Below are positions 17,609-25,623 of a stretch of DNA of 43,666 nucleotides, piece by piece. A program made the position numbers and the translations under genes. Each line of letters starts with the position of its first letter. The first letter of the stretch is position 1. The stretch lies in IMG/VR virus record IMGVR_UViG_3300033485_000036, positions 1 to 43,666 of that record, one strand, 5' to 3'. This stretch comes from a virus. Taxonomy: Duplodnaviria; Caudoviricetes. The notes under the pieces are model-generated. The model was not told the DNA's origin. It made no database searches and saw nothing but the letters and a program-made list of their open reading frames with translations.

Positions 17609-17919
17609 CTCCGGAGCAGGTTGAAGTGTGCTGCGATGCCATGAGGGAATCCGGGGTGCCGGATGAGCTTGTATCGGAGATCGTCGAGGCACTGTGGCTA
17701 CAAGGTCGGCCAGTGAGACTCTGTGTGTCTAGGACGATTCCCAGGGAATTCGATGTATCGACGGTGGACTTGGTTGGGAGGCATATGTTTCGCGAACTGG
17801 CCAAGGGGATTCTCGATAGGGGCCTGGCCAAGCGGTCAGTCGTGGTGGTGAATGGAGATACAGTCCTTGGGCTTAGGATTGATGTGGTTCCACCTTGTCC
17901 ACGGTATCCGCACGGATAG
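17605..17919 (+). CDS. Hypothetical protein
   Basis: GTGA overlap start. Confidence 0.6.
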   Translation: MTPEQVEVCCDAMRESGVPDELVSEIVEALWLQGRPVRLCVSRTIPREFDVSTVDLVGRHMFRELAKGILDRGLAKRSVVVVNGDTVLGLRIDVVPPCPRYPHG

Positions 17920-17936
17920 TTGGCTCGCTTCATGCA
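17920..17936 (+). promoter_or_regulatory. sigma54-type promoter (leadered transcript)
   Basis: TT-GG-CTCGCTTCAT-GC-A after hairpin TATCCG/CGGATA; SD AAGGGAGA before ATG 17964. Confidence 0.7.
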
Positions 17937-17963
17937 TGACAGAAACACAGCAAGGGAGAAAAC

Positions 17964-18158
17964 ATGGATAAACGATTCAAGGTGGGTGATGCAGTTCGCG
18001 TTTGGCGACTCGGAGACTCGGTGGACGGGATCGTCACCGGTCACTTCGACTTCCCGGTGACGAGCGGTTATCTCGGCGGGAGAACCGAATACAGAGTCTC
18101 AACAAAGGAGTATGGGCTGGTGTGGGTTGTTGAAGGAAGAATCATGAGGGCAGAATGA
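17964..18158 (+). CDS. Small SH3-like protein (paralogue of 17044-17250)
   Basis: MDKRFKVGDAVRV...FDFPVTSGYLGG. Confidence 0.75.
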   Translation: MDKRFKVGDAVRVWRLGDSVDGIVTGHFDFPVTSGYLGGRTEYRVSTKEYGLVWVVEGRIMRAE

Positions 18159-18832
18159 AAACATACAACCCAAAGTCTGTTGAGGTGTGGTGTGGCGGAG
18201 TCCGAGTGGACGACAAGCAGTCCTTCGAATGGAAGGCCACAGAAGTGAAGTCCGATCCGTACATTCAGACGTACTCACACAAGAAGCTACACCTCTTCAA
18301 CCCCAAGCCCGAGGAGATTGAGCTCGAGGACATCCCCCATGCCCTGGGCCTCAAGACGCGCTACACCGGGCACTGCAAGTTTCACTACAGTGTCGCACAA
18401 CACTGTGTGCTTGGAGCCAACCTGCTCGAGGATTCGCACGGACCATGGTCGGCGCTCGCCTTCCTGCTACATGAGCTCGGGGAGGTGTACCTGCCGGACA
18501 TCGCCTCACCCCTCAAGCCCCACATCAAGATCGAGGTTGAACCCGGTGTGCTCATGGGGTGGAAGGAACTCGAGAGGCGGCACGAGGTCGCCATTCTCGA
18601 GGCTCTCGGATTGGACCTCTGGCTCGCACGTCTCCATCACCCCATCATTAAGGAAATGGACAACTCGATGCTGGCCGCCGAAGCCAACGCCATCATGTCC
18701 CCACTCATCCCGGGATGGGGGGGCGATGCGATGCGGAATCCCGCGAAGACCGCGATCGTGATGTGGGAGCCGGAGGCCGCCGCAGACGTGTGGCTCATTA
18801 CGTACAAGTACCTACGCAACATCATCGGCTAG
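18155..18832 (+). CDS. HD-superfamily phosphohydrolase (YfbR/5'-deoxynucleotidase-like)
   Basis: EDIPHAL, RYTGH, YSVAQH, LLHELGEVYLPDI.SPLK, D..ML..E. Confidence 0.85.
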   Translation: MKTYNPKSVEVWCGGVRVDDKQSFEWKATEVKSDPYIQTYSHKKLHLFNPKPEEIELEDIPHALGLKTRYTGHCKFHYSVAQHCVLGANLLEDSHGPWSALAFLLHELGEVYLPDIASPLKPHIKIEVEPGVLMGWKELERRHEVAILEALGLDLWLARLHHPIIKEMDNSMLAAEANAIMSPLIPGWGGDAMRNPAKTAIVMWEPEAAADVWLITYKYLRNIIG

Positions 18833-18854
18833 CCGAAGTGCGCGAGCGATCTGC

Positions 18855-18883
18855 TTGACGGGAATAAATCACCACGTTACACA
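18855..18883 (+). promoter_or_regulatory. sigma70-type promoter
   Basis: TTGACG-N17-TACACA; shares CGTTACAC-N3-AAATCA with the 20343 promoter. Confidence 0.6.
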
Positions 18884-18905
18884 TTAAATCAGAAAGGAAG
18901 CAAAA

Positions 18906-19220
18906 ATGAAGGTCACAAAGCTGACGAGTCAGGTCCTCGGTACCACCAACACCACAACAACCTACTGCATCAACTCGGAGGGTGAGGTATTCACGATCAG
19001 TGAGGCGGAGTTCATTGAGTTGCGCAATCTTGTTCGCGAACCGAATACCAGCTTTCCGCAATACGTCATCACCGAGATCAGGGCTGGGCGCAAGATTGAC
19101 GCCATCAAGGCGCTTCGCGAGCTCCGCGGTTTGGGTCTCAAGGAGGCCAAGGACGCTGTCGAGAAGTGGGCCGACGACAATGGCGTGAGGTGGCCCACCA
19201 TGCCTCCATCGAGCTACTGA
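18906..19220 (+). CDS. Ribosomal L7/L12 C-terminal-domain protein
   Basis: GRKIDAIKALRELRGLGLKEAKDAVE. Confidence 0.88.
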   Translation: MKVTKLTSQVLGTTNTTTTYCINSEGEVFTISEAEFIELRNLVREPNTSFPQYVITEIRAGRKIDAIKALRELRGLGLKEAKDAVEKWADDNGVRWPTMPPSSY

Positions 19221-19402
19221 TGAAGAAACCCAAGTTCAAGTCCGGCGATGTCATCGTGAATGCGTCTGTCGTCAGTGGTGACAAGTACACCTACATCAAT
19301 GAGGATGGGCGAGGAATCATCTTCGGGGTTCGGGTGGGCTGCAAGAAGGAGCAGGTCTTGCAGCTCGGTGAGCGGGAGGCGTACGAACTTCATACCCCCT
19401 GA
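19220..19402 (+). CDS. Small hypothetical protein
   Basis: TGATG overlap; MKKPKFKSGDVI. Confidence 0.6.
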   Translation: MKKPKFKSGDVIVNASVVSGDKYTYINEDGRGIIFGVRVGCKKEQVLQLGEREAYELHTP

Positions 19403-19473
19403 CGACGAATGACTCACTCGGCCCTCGGTAACCACTCGGTTGCCGGGGGCTTTAAGTTGGCAAGGGGGATGCA
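19392..19473 (+). promoter_or_regulatory. Same cassette (copy C)
   Basis: About 85 bp nearly identical to copy B; TT-GG-CAAGGGGGAT-GC-A; ATG 19486 at 14 nt. Confidence 0.85.
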
Positions 19474-19485
19474 GAACCAGCCACC

Positions 19486-19563
19486 ATGGAAGCCATCTTC
19501 GCTCTCGCCATCGTCATCATCCTTCCGGGTATCGGCCTCATTCGCCTCGCATTCAACATCTGA
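19486..19563 (+). CDS. Small membrane peptide (25 aa)
   Basis: MEAIFALAIVIILPGIGLIRLAFNI at the invariant promoter spacing. Confidence 0.6.
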   Translation: MEAIFALAIVIILPGIGLIRLAFNI

Positions 19564-19575
19564 CGAAAGGTAATC

Positions 19576-20022
19576 ATGCACACAGTGTACGTAATGTCTG
19601 GTATCCCGGGTAGCTGTAAGTCCTCGTACGTCAAGAGGCACATGCCGATGGCGGCCATCGCTTCTGCCGACTCGTACTTCGAGCGCTCTGGCGCATACCG
19701 CTTCGACGCGAGCAAGCTCAGCCTGGCGCACCACCTCTGTTGGCAGAGGTTCGTTCAGCTGGTGTCTCGCGGGTATGGCGAGGTGGTGGTCGACAACACC
19801 AATCTGACATGGGCGGACTGCTCTCGCTACGTCAACAAAGCCCTGGCCTGTGGCTACGAGGTGTTCTTCGTCAGGATGGAGGTCGACACCAAGACGGCAG
19901 CAGAGCGCAACACACACGGGGTCAAGCCCGAATGTATTGAGCGCATGGCCATGAAGAAATTGGAGATCCCACCCGAAGTACTAGGGCATCGGAAATTCCA
20001 CTACGTTAGAGTTGACACATGA
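19576..20022 (+). CDS. P-loop kinase (AAA_33/polynucleotide kinase-like)
   Basis: GIPGSCKS Walker A; SADSYF; VVVDNTN; RNTHGV. Confidence 0.88.
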   Translation: MHTVYVMSGIPGSCKSSYVKRHMPMAAIASADSYFERSGAYRFDASKLSLAHHLCWQRFVQLVSRGYGEVVVDNTNLTWADCSRYVNKALACGYEVFFVRMEVDTKTAAERNTHGVKPECIERMAMKKLEIPPEVLGHRKFHYVRVDT

Positions 20023-20192
20023 GCGGCCGCATCGCCGATGTTCGACACCTCCACACCCAACGTCACGGTCTGGCATGGAGGTATGTTGATGTCGTGAAGT
20101 TCTCCCTGTTGGCGTTGTGGTATGGCGCCTCAATGATCGCGGCTGGCCTTGCGTGCGCACTGCGCGCCCTGCTTTGGTGGCGGCATGTCTGA
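20019..20192 (+). CDS. Small membrane protein (57 aa)
   Basis: ATGA overlap; C-terminal TM FSLLALWYGASMIAAGLACALRALLWW. Confidence 0.5.
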   Translation: MSGRIADVRHLHTQRHGLAWRYVDVVKFSLLALWYGASMIAAGLACALRALLWWRHV

Positions 20193-20346
20193 CCATCCAC
20201 CCTTGAAGCTCTGGGACTCGGTGCAGCGCGGAGGTGACGGGCCCATTGGCCTGGTAGTGGTGGCCGACTCCGAACTCGTCATCATCGCCTGGCCGCAGAC
20301 GGACTGTGGGTGGACGTACTACGAGACGATTCGACTGACGACTTGA
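20185..20346 (+). CDS. Hypothetical protein
   Basis: MSDHPPLKLWD... Confidence 0.5.
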   Translation: MSDHPPLKLWDSVQRGGDGPIGLVVVADSELVIIAWPQTDCGWTYYETIRLTT

Positions 20347-20371
20347 CAGCACCAACCATCCTCGTTACACT
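20343..20371 (+). promoter_or_regulatory. sigma70-type promoter (leaderless)
   Basis: TTGACA-N17-TACACT-N7-ATG. Confidence 0.8.
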
Positions 20372-20378
20372 TCAAATC

Positions 20379-20468
20379 ATGGCTCGCTGGCTCGACATGT
20401 TTCAGTGTATCACCCTCGCCACGGGGATCGTGGCCGCAGTGGCATGCATCATCTGGTGTGTATCGTGA
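20379..20468 (+). CDS. Small membrane peptide (29 aa)
   Basis: MARWLDMFQCITLATGIVAAVACIIWCVS. Confidence 0.6.
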   Translation: MARWLDMFQCITLATGIVAAVACIIWCVS

Positions 20469-20662
20469 CTACAATCACACTCACATTTCTTACGACGGGG
20501 TCTCGCGCTGGGCAAGCTGTTCAGGAGTTGTGGGCGGAGGATTTGAACACCGCCAAGATGGGCGCTGGTCCGGCCGACAAGCATCGTATCGCGCTGGAGA
20601 TTGAGAGGCGCAAGAACACCCCCGGACTTCGCAGGGGCTACGCTATTCGAAAGGGGAAGTAA
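20465..20662 (+). CDS. Hypothetical protein
   Basis: GTGA overlap. Confidence 0.5.
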   Translation: MTTITLTFLTTGSRAGQAVQELWAEDLNTAKMGAGPADKHRIALEIERRKNTPGLRRGYAIRKGK

Positions 20663-20663
20663 A

Positions 20664-20870
20664 ATGAGCGGAAAAAACACGGAAATCCCAGTCACCTACA
20701 GTATCGTCATCAAGCGAACGAATGGCGGCGTTCTCGAACTGTGCCTGAACGAGGAGGAAATGAGCGCCCTATACAATGCGGTAACCAGCGCTCCGGTGGG
20801 TACGTGCCAATGCTGGCACTGTCGAGCTGCGCATGCGCCTGGCGCACAGCCGTCAACAAAGGGGAAGTAA
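20664..20870 (+). CDS. Hypothetical protein (C-terminal CxCxxC)
   Basis: Flanked by a 26-bp direct repeat. Confidence 0.65.
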   Translation: MSGKNTEIPVTYSIVIKRTNGGVLELCLNEEEMSALYNAVTSAPVGTCQCWHCRAAHAPGAQPSTKGK

Positions 20871-20871
20871 A

Positions 20872-21189
20872 ATGAGCGGAAAATGGCAGAAGGAAGTCCC
20901 GGCAGTCAGCGGTCAGTACCACACGGCCAACTACCTCGGGGAGTACGCCGGGATCAGGACGGTGGCCTACGACAAGCACGGAAACCTCGTGTATGCCGAT
21001 GGTGTTCCCGGTGGGATGTGGGGTGGATACTGGCACACGACTCCGATTGTAGCACCGAAGTTCGACGTCGACCTCTCGCCACTGGGATTCAAGCACCACG
21101 TCGGGGTCGACCCGTTCACCGGGCTCCCGAATGGACAGGAATGGTGGAGCGTCAGGACCCCGGATGAGCTGCTTTTGGCGTTCAAGTAG
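20872..21189 (+). CDS. Hypothetical protein
   Basis: AAGGGG SD; MSGKWQKEVP... Confidence 0.7.
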   Translation: MSGKWQKEVPAVSGQYHTANYLGEYAGIRTVAYDKHGNLVYADGVPGGMWGGYWHTTPIVAPKFDVDLSPLGFKHHVGVDPFTGLPNGQEWWSVRTPDELLLAFK

Positions 21190-21190
21190 A

Positions 21191-22606
21191 TCACATCAAC
21201 CCAGCAAGTAGCGTGTCGACCGACGATTGCTGAACTTCGCCAGTGGCCGGTGCTTCCGAGAGAAGGCGGGAGCACGCGAGCGACAGCGTGTCCACGCACT
21301 CGTCGTGTAGGGCCCTGGGGAAGGAGATGACTTCCTTCCGGAAGGCCTCGCACCACGTACCACCCTCAGGAAACAACACGGCTCCAGACTCGAGGTACGG
21401 CGTGATGGCGCGCAGCCTCGTCTCCTTCGGGCCGTGCGGCGGAACACCCACAATGTACGGAATGCGCAGTCGAAGCGTCTGGACGATAGAGCGGCCGCTC
21501 GCCGCTGCCTCGACGTAGATGCTGGTCGGATTGTACAGCCTTATTGCAGCCTCGACGTGCTCAATTTGCTTCGGAAAATCCCACACGCCAGTCTGGTAGT
21601 TAAGCAGGCGTAGCGTGGCGCCCTTCTTCGATACGACGAGGAGTCCGCTCGGGTCGTTGTCGGAGTTCTCGCCGTGCGAGCTGTCGACAATGACGAACGT
21701 CTGACTGCCCGCGGGGAGCTCGCCAGTCCACGTGTGCGCCAACCACTCAGGTTTCACGATGCCACCTGATTGTGGGATGGGGTCCTGCATGTACTGGGCG
21801 GAGAATCCAGCGCTGCCGAGGGTCGCCTTCTTCTGAGCCAGGGTGCGCTTGGAGAGGCGCTTGGGCGCGAGGAGCTCGTCCCCCTTGCGCGGATCCGTCC
21901 ACACGGGCGTCGACGTTCCTGGGCCAACGGCGGGCATCACCAGGGCGGTTGCGCCTCTGGCCATGAGGATGGCGGGGAGGTCGGCCTCGTGCAGGCGCTG
22001 GGCGATGCAGACTTCGAGCTTGTGGTTCTCGTTCTTCCAGCGCGACATCAGCACTTCTTCGTGCCACTCGTTGCGCGCAAGGATTGCAGGCGTGTTGTTC
22101 GAGTCCTTCGCATCCACGAGGTCATCAACGATGATGACGTCTGCGTGCGATCCGGTGATGCTACCGCCGGCGGAGACGCCGATTCGTTCCCCCAGGGCCG
22201 TCGTGCGCATCGACAGCTTGGAGGCAGTATCCTTGGACAGCTGCACGTACGGCCAGCGAAGGCGGAACCAGTCGCTCTTGATGAGGAGGCGGAACTTGGC
22301 GCTGAAGCGGTTGACTAGTGCGGCAGTGTGCGACACCGCGATGATGGTGGCCGACGGATCGCGCGCCCACAGCCAGGCAGGCCAGATGACGTTCGAGAGG
22401 AGCGACTTCGAGGAGCCCGGCGGGACGTTGATGACGAGTGTGTCGATGGGCAGCGAGCCGTCTGTCACTGCTTGAAGGTGAGTGGTGATGGCTGCCTGTG
22501 GCAACTCGTACACCATGGGCTGCGGACACACAACCGGCCACGCCGCACACGCGAAGCGGTCGAAGTCCTCGAGGAACTCAGTTGCCTCTGTGGCCAGGAT
22601 GCTCAC
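21191..22606 (-). CDS. terL: Terminase large subunit
   Basis: INVPPGSSKS (Walker A), IIVDD (Walker B), FSAQYMQDP, YVEAAASG, FP..LHDECVD; GTG start after GAAGGGGAG. Confidence 0.92.
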   Translation of the reverse strand: MSILATEATEFLEDFDRFACAAWPVVCPQPMVYELPQAAITTHLQAVTDGSLPIDTLVINVPPGSSKSLLSNVIWPAWLWARDPSATIIAVSHTAALVNRFSAKFRLLIKSDWFRLRWPYVQLSKDTASKLSMRTTALGERIGVSAGGSITGSHADVIIVDDLVDAKDSNNTPAILARNEWHEEVLMSRWKNENHKLEVCIAQRLHEADLPAILMARGATALVMPAVGPGTSTPVWTDPRKGDELLAPKRLSKRTLAQKKATLGSAGFSAQYMQDPIPQSGGIVKPEWLAHTWTGELPAGSQTFVIVDSSHGENSDNDPSGLLVVSKKGATLRLLNYQTGVWDFPKQIEHVEAAIRLYNPTSIYVEAAASGRSIVQTLRLRIPYIVGVPPHGPKETRLRAITPYLESGAVLFPEGGTWCEAFRKEVISFPRALHDECVDTLSLACSRLLSEAPATGEVQQSSVDTLLAGLM

Positions 22607-22941
22607 AACTCCCCTTCGAGGTACGCCAAGATGACGTCTCCATGGCAGGGCCCGGGGTGACAGAAGCAGCCCAGCCGCTTGCCTCGCAGGGACTCCAGCT
22701 TGGCCTCGAACTCCTCGTCCGTCATTGCGCGATACTTCAAGTACATCGAGTAGCACGGCAGCGTAGCTCCGGCCGACATGTGTGTCTCACCACACACTGG
22801 ACACACCTCGCCGATCACCACGGGGTTGCCGAAGTAGCCGGTGTAGCCCTTACCCTTGCGCCCAATGTAGACGTCGAAGGGCTCGAACTTGAGGTTGACG
22901 ACGGAAGTCACAGGGAGAGCTCGGCCAGCCTTAGCTGACAT
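22603..22941 (-). CDS. DUF4326-domain protein
   Basis: FDVYIGR...FGNP...LRGKRLGCFCHPGPCHGDVI; start uncertain (22941 or 22911). Confidence 0.8.
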   Translation of the reverse strand: MSAKAGRALPVTSVVNLKFEPFDVYIGRKGKGYTGYFGNPVVIGEVCPVCGETHMSAGATLPCYSMYLKYRAMTDEEFEAKLESLRGKRLGCFCHPGPCHGDVILAYLEGEL

Positions 22942-23062
22942 GGAGGATGTGCAACTACCGGGTGCGTACCAGCATACAGTCGCGCATCCCTGTCTACAGG
23001 CCAACAGTCGACGCCCGGGAGACCCGAGTAGCATCCGTCTGCCTGAACGTAAAGGGCCGCAA

Positions 23063-23425
23063 TCATTTCTGCAATTTCTCGGGAATCGAGGTGGTGTCGG
23101 CCGACGCGTTCTCGCGGTAGCGCGACATGAGGGCCAGCTTGGGCGACGGCGCAGACGGGATGTCGAAGACCTCGTCCTCCTTCGTCCCCTCGGGTGCTGG
23201 CAGCTTGATGAGCGTGTCCAAAATGACCTTCAACAGTGCGACCTGTCGGCCGAACGTCTGCTGAGTCGTGCCGTCGGCCGTGTCAGTGCGCGCAGCCGCG
23301 ATGCACTGCGACATCAACGCAGGTCCGTCACGGCGAGCGATGGTGATGAAGGGATGTAGCGCCTCGTACGCCCCCATCACCCTGTTGGCGTGCCGTTTAA
23401 TCGTGGTGTCAGTCGCAACGCTCAT
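23063..23425 (-). CDS. Putative terminase small subunit
   Basis: Position upstream of terL; 120 aa, helical; no diagnostic motif. Confidence 0.45.
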   Translation of the reverse strand: MSVATDTTIKRHANRVMGAYEALHPFITIARRDGPALMSQCIAAARTDTADGTTQQTFGRQVALLKVILDTLIKLPAPEGTKEDEVFDIPSAPSPKLALMSRYRENASADTTSIPEKLQK

Positions 23426-23564
23426 GACCGATGCGAGTCATAGACCGCTAGAAATGTAACGCAAAAACCTACGATCGATTGTTCCGATATTCACCCAGTA
23501 TCAACCACACGATCGTTAGCGCCATGCACAGCCACACCCATTCTGGAGTAGTCACGATGTCTCC

Positions 23565-23759
23565 CTATAGTGGGTCCTTCGACATGAAGCCATTGAGGTA
23601 GGCCTCTGCTTCACACTCCGACATGCCGAAGACGAGAAACTTCAGCACAAGATCGACCACATCCTTCCTGAGTTTGCGTCTGGAGACCTCAGCCCGGTCG
23701 GCAACTCCGAGGTCGTACATGTACTCAATTCCCTCACGAACATCCGCCTTGTCACACAT
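23565..23759 (-). CDS. Hypothetical protein
   Basis: Coupled to the upstream gene. Confidence 0.55.
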   Translation of the reverse strand: MCDKADVREGIEYMYDLGVADRAEVSRRKLRKDVVDLVLKFLVFGMSECEAEAYLNGFMSKDPL

Positions 23760-24036
23760 CGGTGATCCCCATGTCCGAGAACCATGTCTCGGGTTTTCTG
23801 TCGTTCGCTGCCGCGATCATAAGGATCGCATCCATCTGACTTCTGGTCACATTCAGGTCGAGTGTGGGCTCTGGCTCAGCCTTCCAGTAGTGGACCCAGC
23901 CGGATGAATATGGCTTCGGCTCGCCAGCATTGGCGGCAGCCCATGTGTGGTCGTATGCTTCACACGAAACCAACTCCCCATTCCTCTTGACCCAACCGGT
24001 GAACTCGATAAGGTTTACGTCCGTTGTCTTGGGCAT
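23752..24036 (-). CDS. Hypothetical protein (leaderless candidate)
   Basis: MPKTTDVNLIEFTGWV... Confidence 0.65.
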   Translation of the reverse strand: MPKTTDVNLIEFTGWVKRNGELVSCEAYDHTWAAANAGEPKPYSSGWVHYWKAEPEPTLDLNVTRSQMDAILMIAAANDRKPETWFSDMGITDV

Positions 24037-24048
24037 GCCGATACACAA

Positions 24049-24131
24049 TGCAATCCGCACTCCAACTACAAACCCCCGACAACCTTGATGGTCATCGGGG
24101 GATTCCTGGGTCATTCTTTGACGGTGGGTGC
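24049..24131 (-). promoter_or_regulatory. Enhancer-like site + hairpin + sigma54 promoter on the minus strand
   Basis: GCACCCAC-N10-TGACCCAG; hairpin CCCCCGA/TCGGGGG; TT-GG-AGTGCGGATT-GC-A; ATG 24036 at 14 nt. Confidence 0.85.
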
Positions 24132-24139
24132 CGAATGCG

Positions 24140-24673
24140 CTACGTCTTGAAGGCCTTAAGCTTCTTGGCCGCGCGCTGACGCCATCTCCACGCTGTCATT
24201 CGCGACACGCCGTAGTACCCGGCAATCTCAGTGTCGGTCCTCGAATCAGACCACATCTCCACCAGATCTGGTGGGAATTCCCACAGTCGATCCGAAGCCC
24301 CAATTGCGTCGTGAGTAGGCTGTGTGGTGGATACCGACCCAACATCCTCAGGATTCCATTGTTTCTGATGAAGTCCGAGGTCGGCCGGGTCCCACATCTG
24401 TTCGACGTGCACAAGCTCGACCGCCGACTTCGTGGCGATGATCTTGCCACGGGATGCGAGAGCCCGCCGCACCGACAGGATGGCTGCCGAGCACGCAAGT
24501 GGCCAGTCCTTGCCCTTCCGAATGTACTCAAGGTAGGTGAGCGCCACGAGCTGGAGCTCATCGTCCGAGAGAACCCCGGGGAACTGCGCCATTGCTGAGC
24601 GCTGACAGAGGTCGATTCCGACTTCATCCGGGATCGGCTTCGAAGTGTCGAGGTCGTATGTTTGCTGTCTCAT
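24140..24673 (-). CDS. Sigma-region-4-like HTH transcription factor (candidate late regulator)
   Basis: C-terminal TDTEIAGYYGVSRMTAWRWRQRAAKKLK. Confidence 0.65.
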   Translation of the reverse strand: MRQQTYDLDTSKPIPDEVGIDLCQRSAMAQFPGVLSDDELQLVALTYLEYIRKGKDWPLACSAAILSVRRALASRGKIIATKSAVELVHVEQMWDPADLGLHQKQWNPEDVGSVSTTQPTHDAIGASDRLWEFPPDLVEMWSDSRTDTEIAGYYGVSRMTAWRWRQRAAKKLKAFKT

Positions 24674-25623
24674 GGTGTTACCCACACAGGCGCAGAGAGG
24701 GAGAGACCGTGCTTCGGGTGGATGACGAAGAAGGCCTGGCGCGGAGGCTCGGGCGAAGCAGCCAGGAACTCGGCGAACGTCGAGTAGCCAATCAGGGACC
24801 CATTGACGATGAAGTCGCCTCCATTGATGAGGGTGTGGAAGTGGGCGAGCAACGTCAGGTCGGCCTTGATGGCCTTGTCCCAACCCATGATCTTCTTTCG
24901 GACTGGGATTGTGACACCACCCACACCGCCCTGGTACCCGATCTCGTACCCATGACACAGTCTCATGGTGAAATCGCCAATCCGGCGATAGGTTCGAGCC
25001 CCCGCCGCTGGCGTAAGGTCGACCCTGGGGTTTCCAGCGAATTTGGCCACGAGCCCGCGATACACGATGGTTTCGAGGGAGGTCCCGACTGGACGACAGC
25101 GCATCTTGTCTGTCAACCTGCCGTGGTTTCCACACACCAGGTCCCCGACGATCTTGAACTTGGAGTTCCGCAGCCAGTAGTTGATGCCGCTGGCCAGCAA
25201 ATCACCAACGAAAATCGCCGCTTCGACCGGGGTCATCGAATTATTCTCAACGAGGTCGTCATGGATCCACCCACTGATGAGGTCGCCAAGGACCGCCCAG
25301 TAGAGCACGTCGATCTTCGAGTCTCGCGCCGCGCCCTTGGCCAGGGAGAGGGAGTTGACAAAGAAGGCCTCCATGCGCTGTTGCGCGACCATTGGGTTGA
25401 AGGCATTGAGCCCGTTCACGTGCTCGGGTTTCACTACCTCATCGACGTGCAGGTCGCTGGTGATGACGCACGCAACGGCCGAATTACGCACTCCCTTGGG
25501 GGCCCGAATACTGTGGATCCTGGGCGCGCGAACCGCATTGATGGCGTCGACCTCTCGCGACAGGCGGGAATGCTCGCGCTTCAAATACCGGATCTCGGCT
25601 GGAGTCATTTTCTGTGTTGTCAT
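24670..25623 (-). CDS. Calcineurin-like metallophosphoesterase
   Basis: SDLH, LGD, GNHG, HG, HFH, VNGS motifs. Confidence 0.88.
   Translation of the reverse strand: MTTQKMTPAEIRYLKREHSRLSREVDAINAVRAPRIHSIRAPKGVRNSAVACVITSDLHVDEVVKPEHVNGLNAFNPMVAQQRMEAFFVNSLSLAKGAARDSKIDVLYWAVLGDLISGWIHDDLVENNSMTPVEAAIFVGDLLASGINYWLRNSKFKIVGDLVCGNHGRLTDKMRCRPVGTSLETIVYRGLVAKFAGNPRVDLTPAAGARTYRRIGDFTMRLCHGYEIGYQGGVGGVTIPVRKKIMGWDKAIKADLTLLAHFHTLINGGDFIVNGSLIGYSTFAEFLAASPEPPRQAFFVIHPKHGLSLSAPVWVTP

Noticed and set aside
13327-18832. Z-genome (2-aminoadenine) pathway from MazG plus HD hydrolase
   Set aside because: No PurZ/adenylosuccinate-synthetase homologue or phage polymerase is visible
23432-23448. sigma54 promoter for terS (GG-TCTATGACTC-GC-A on the minus strand)
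   Set aside because: The ATG is only 8 nt downstream, so the TSS would fall inside the CDS; probably chance
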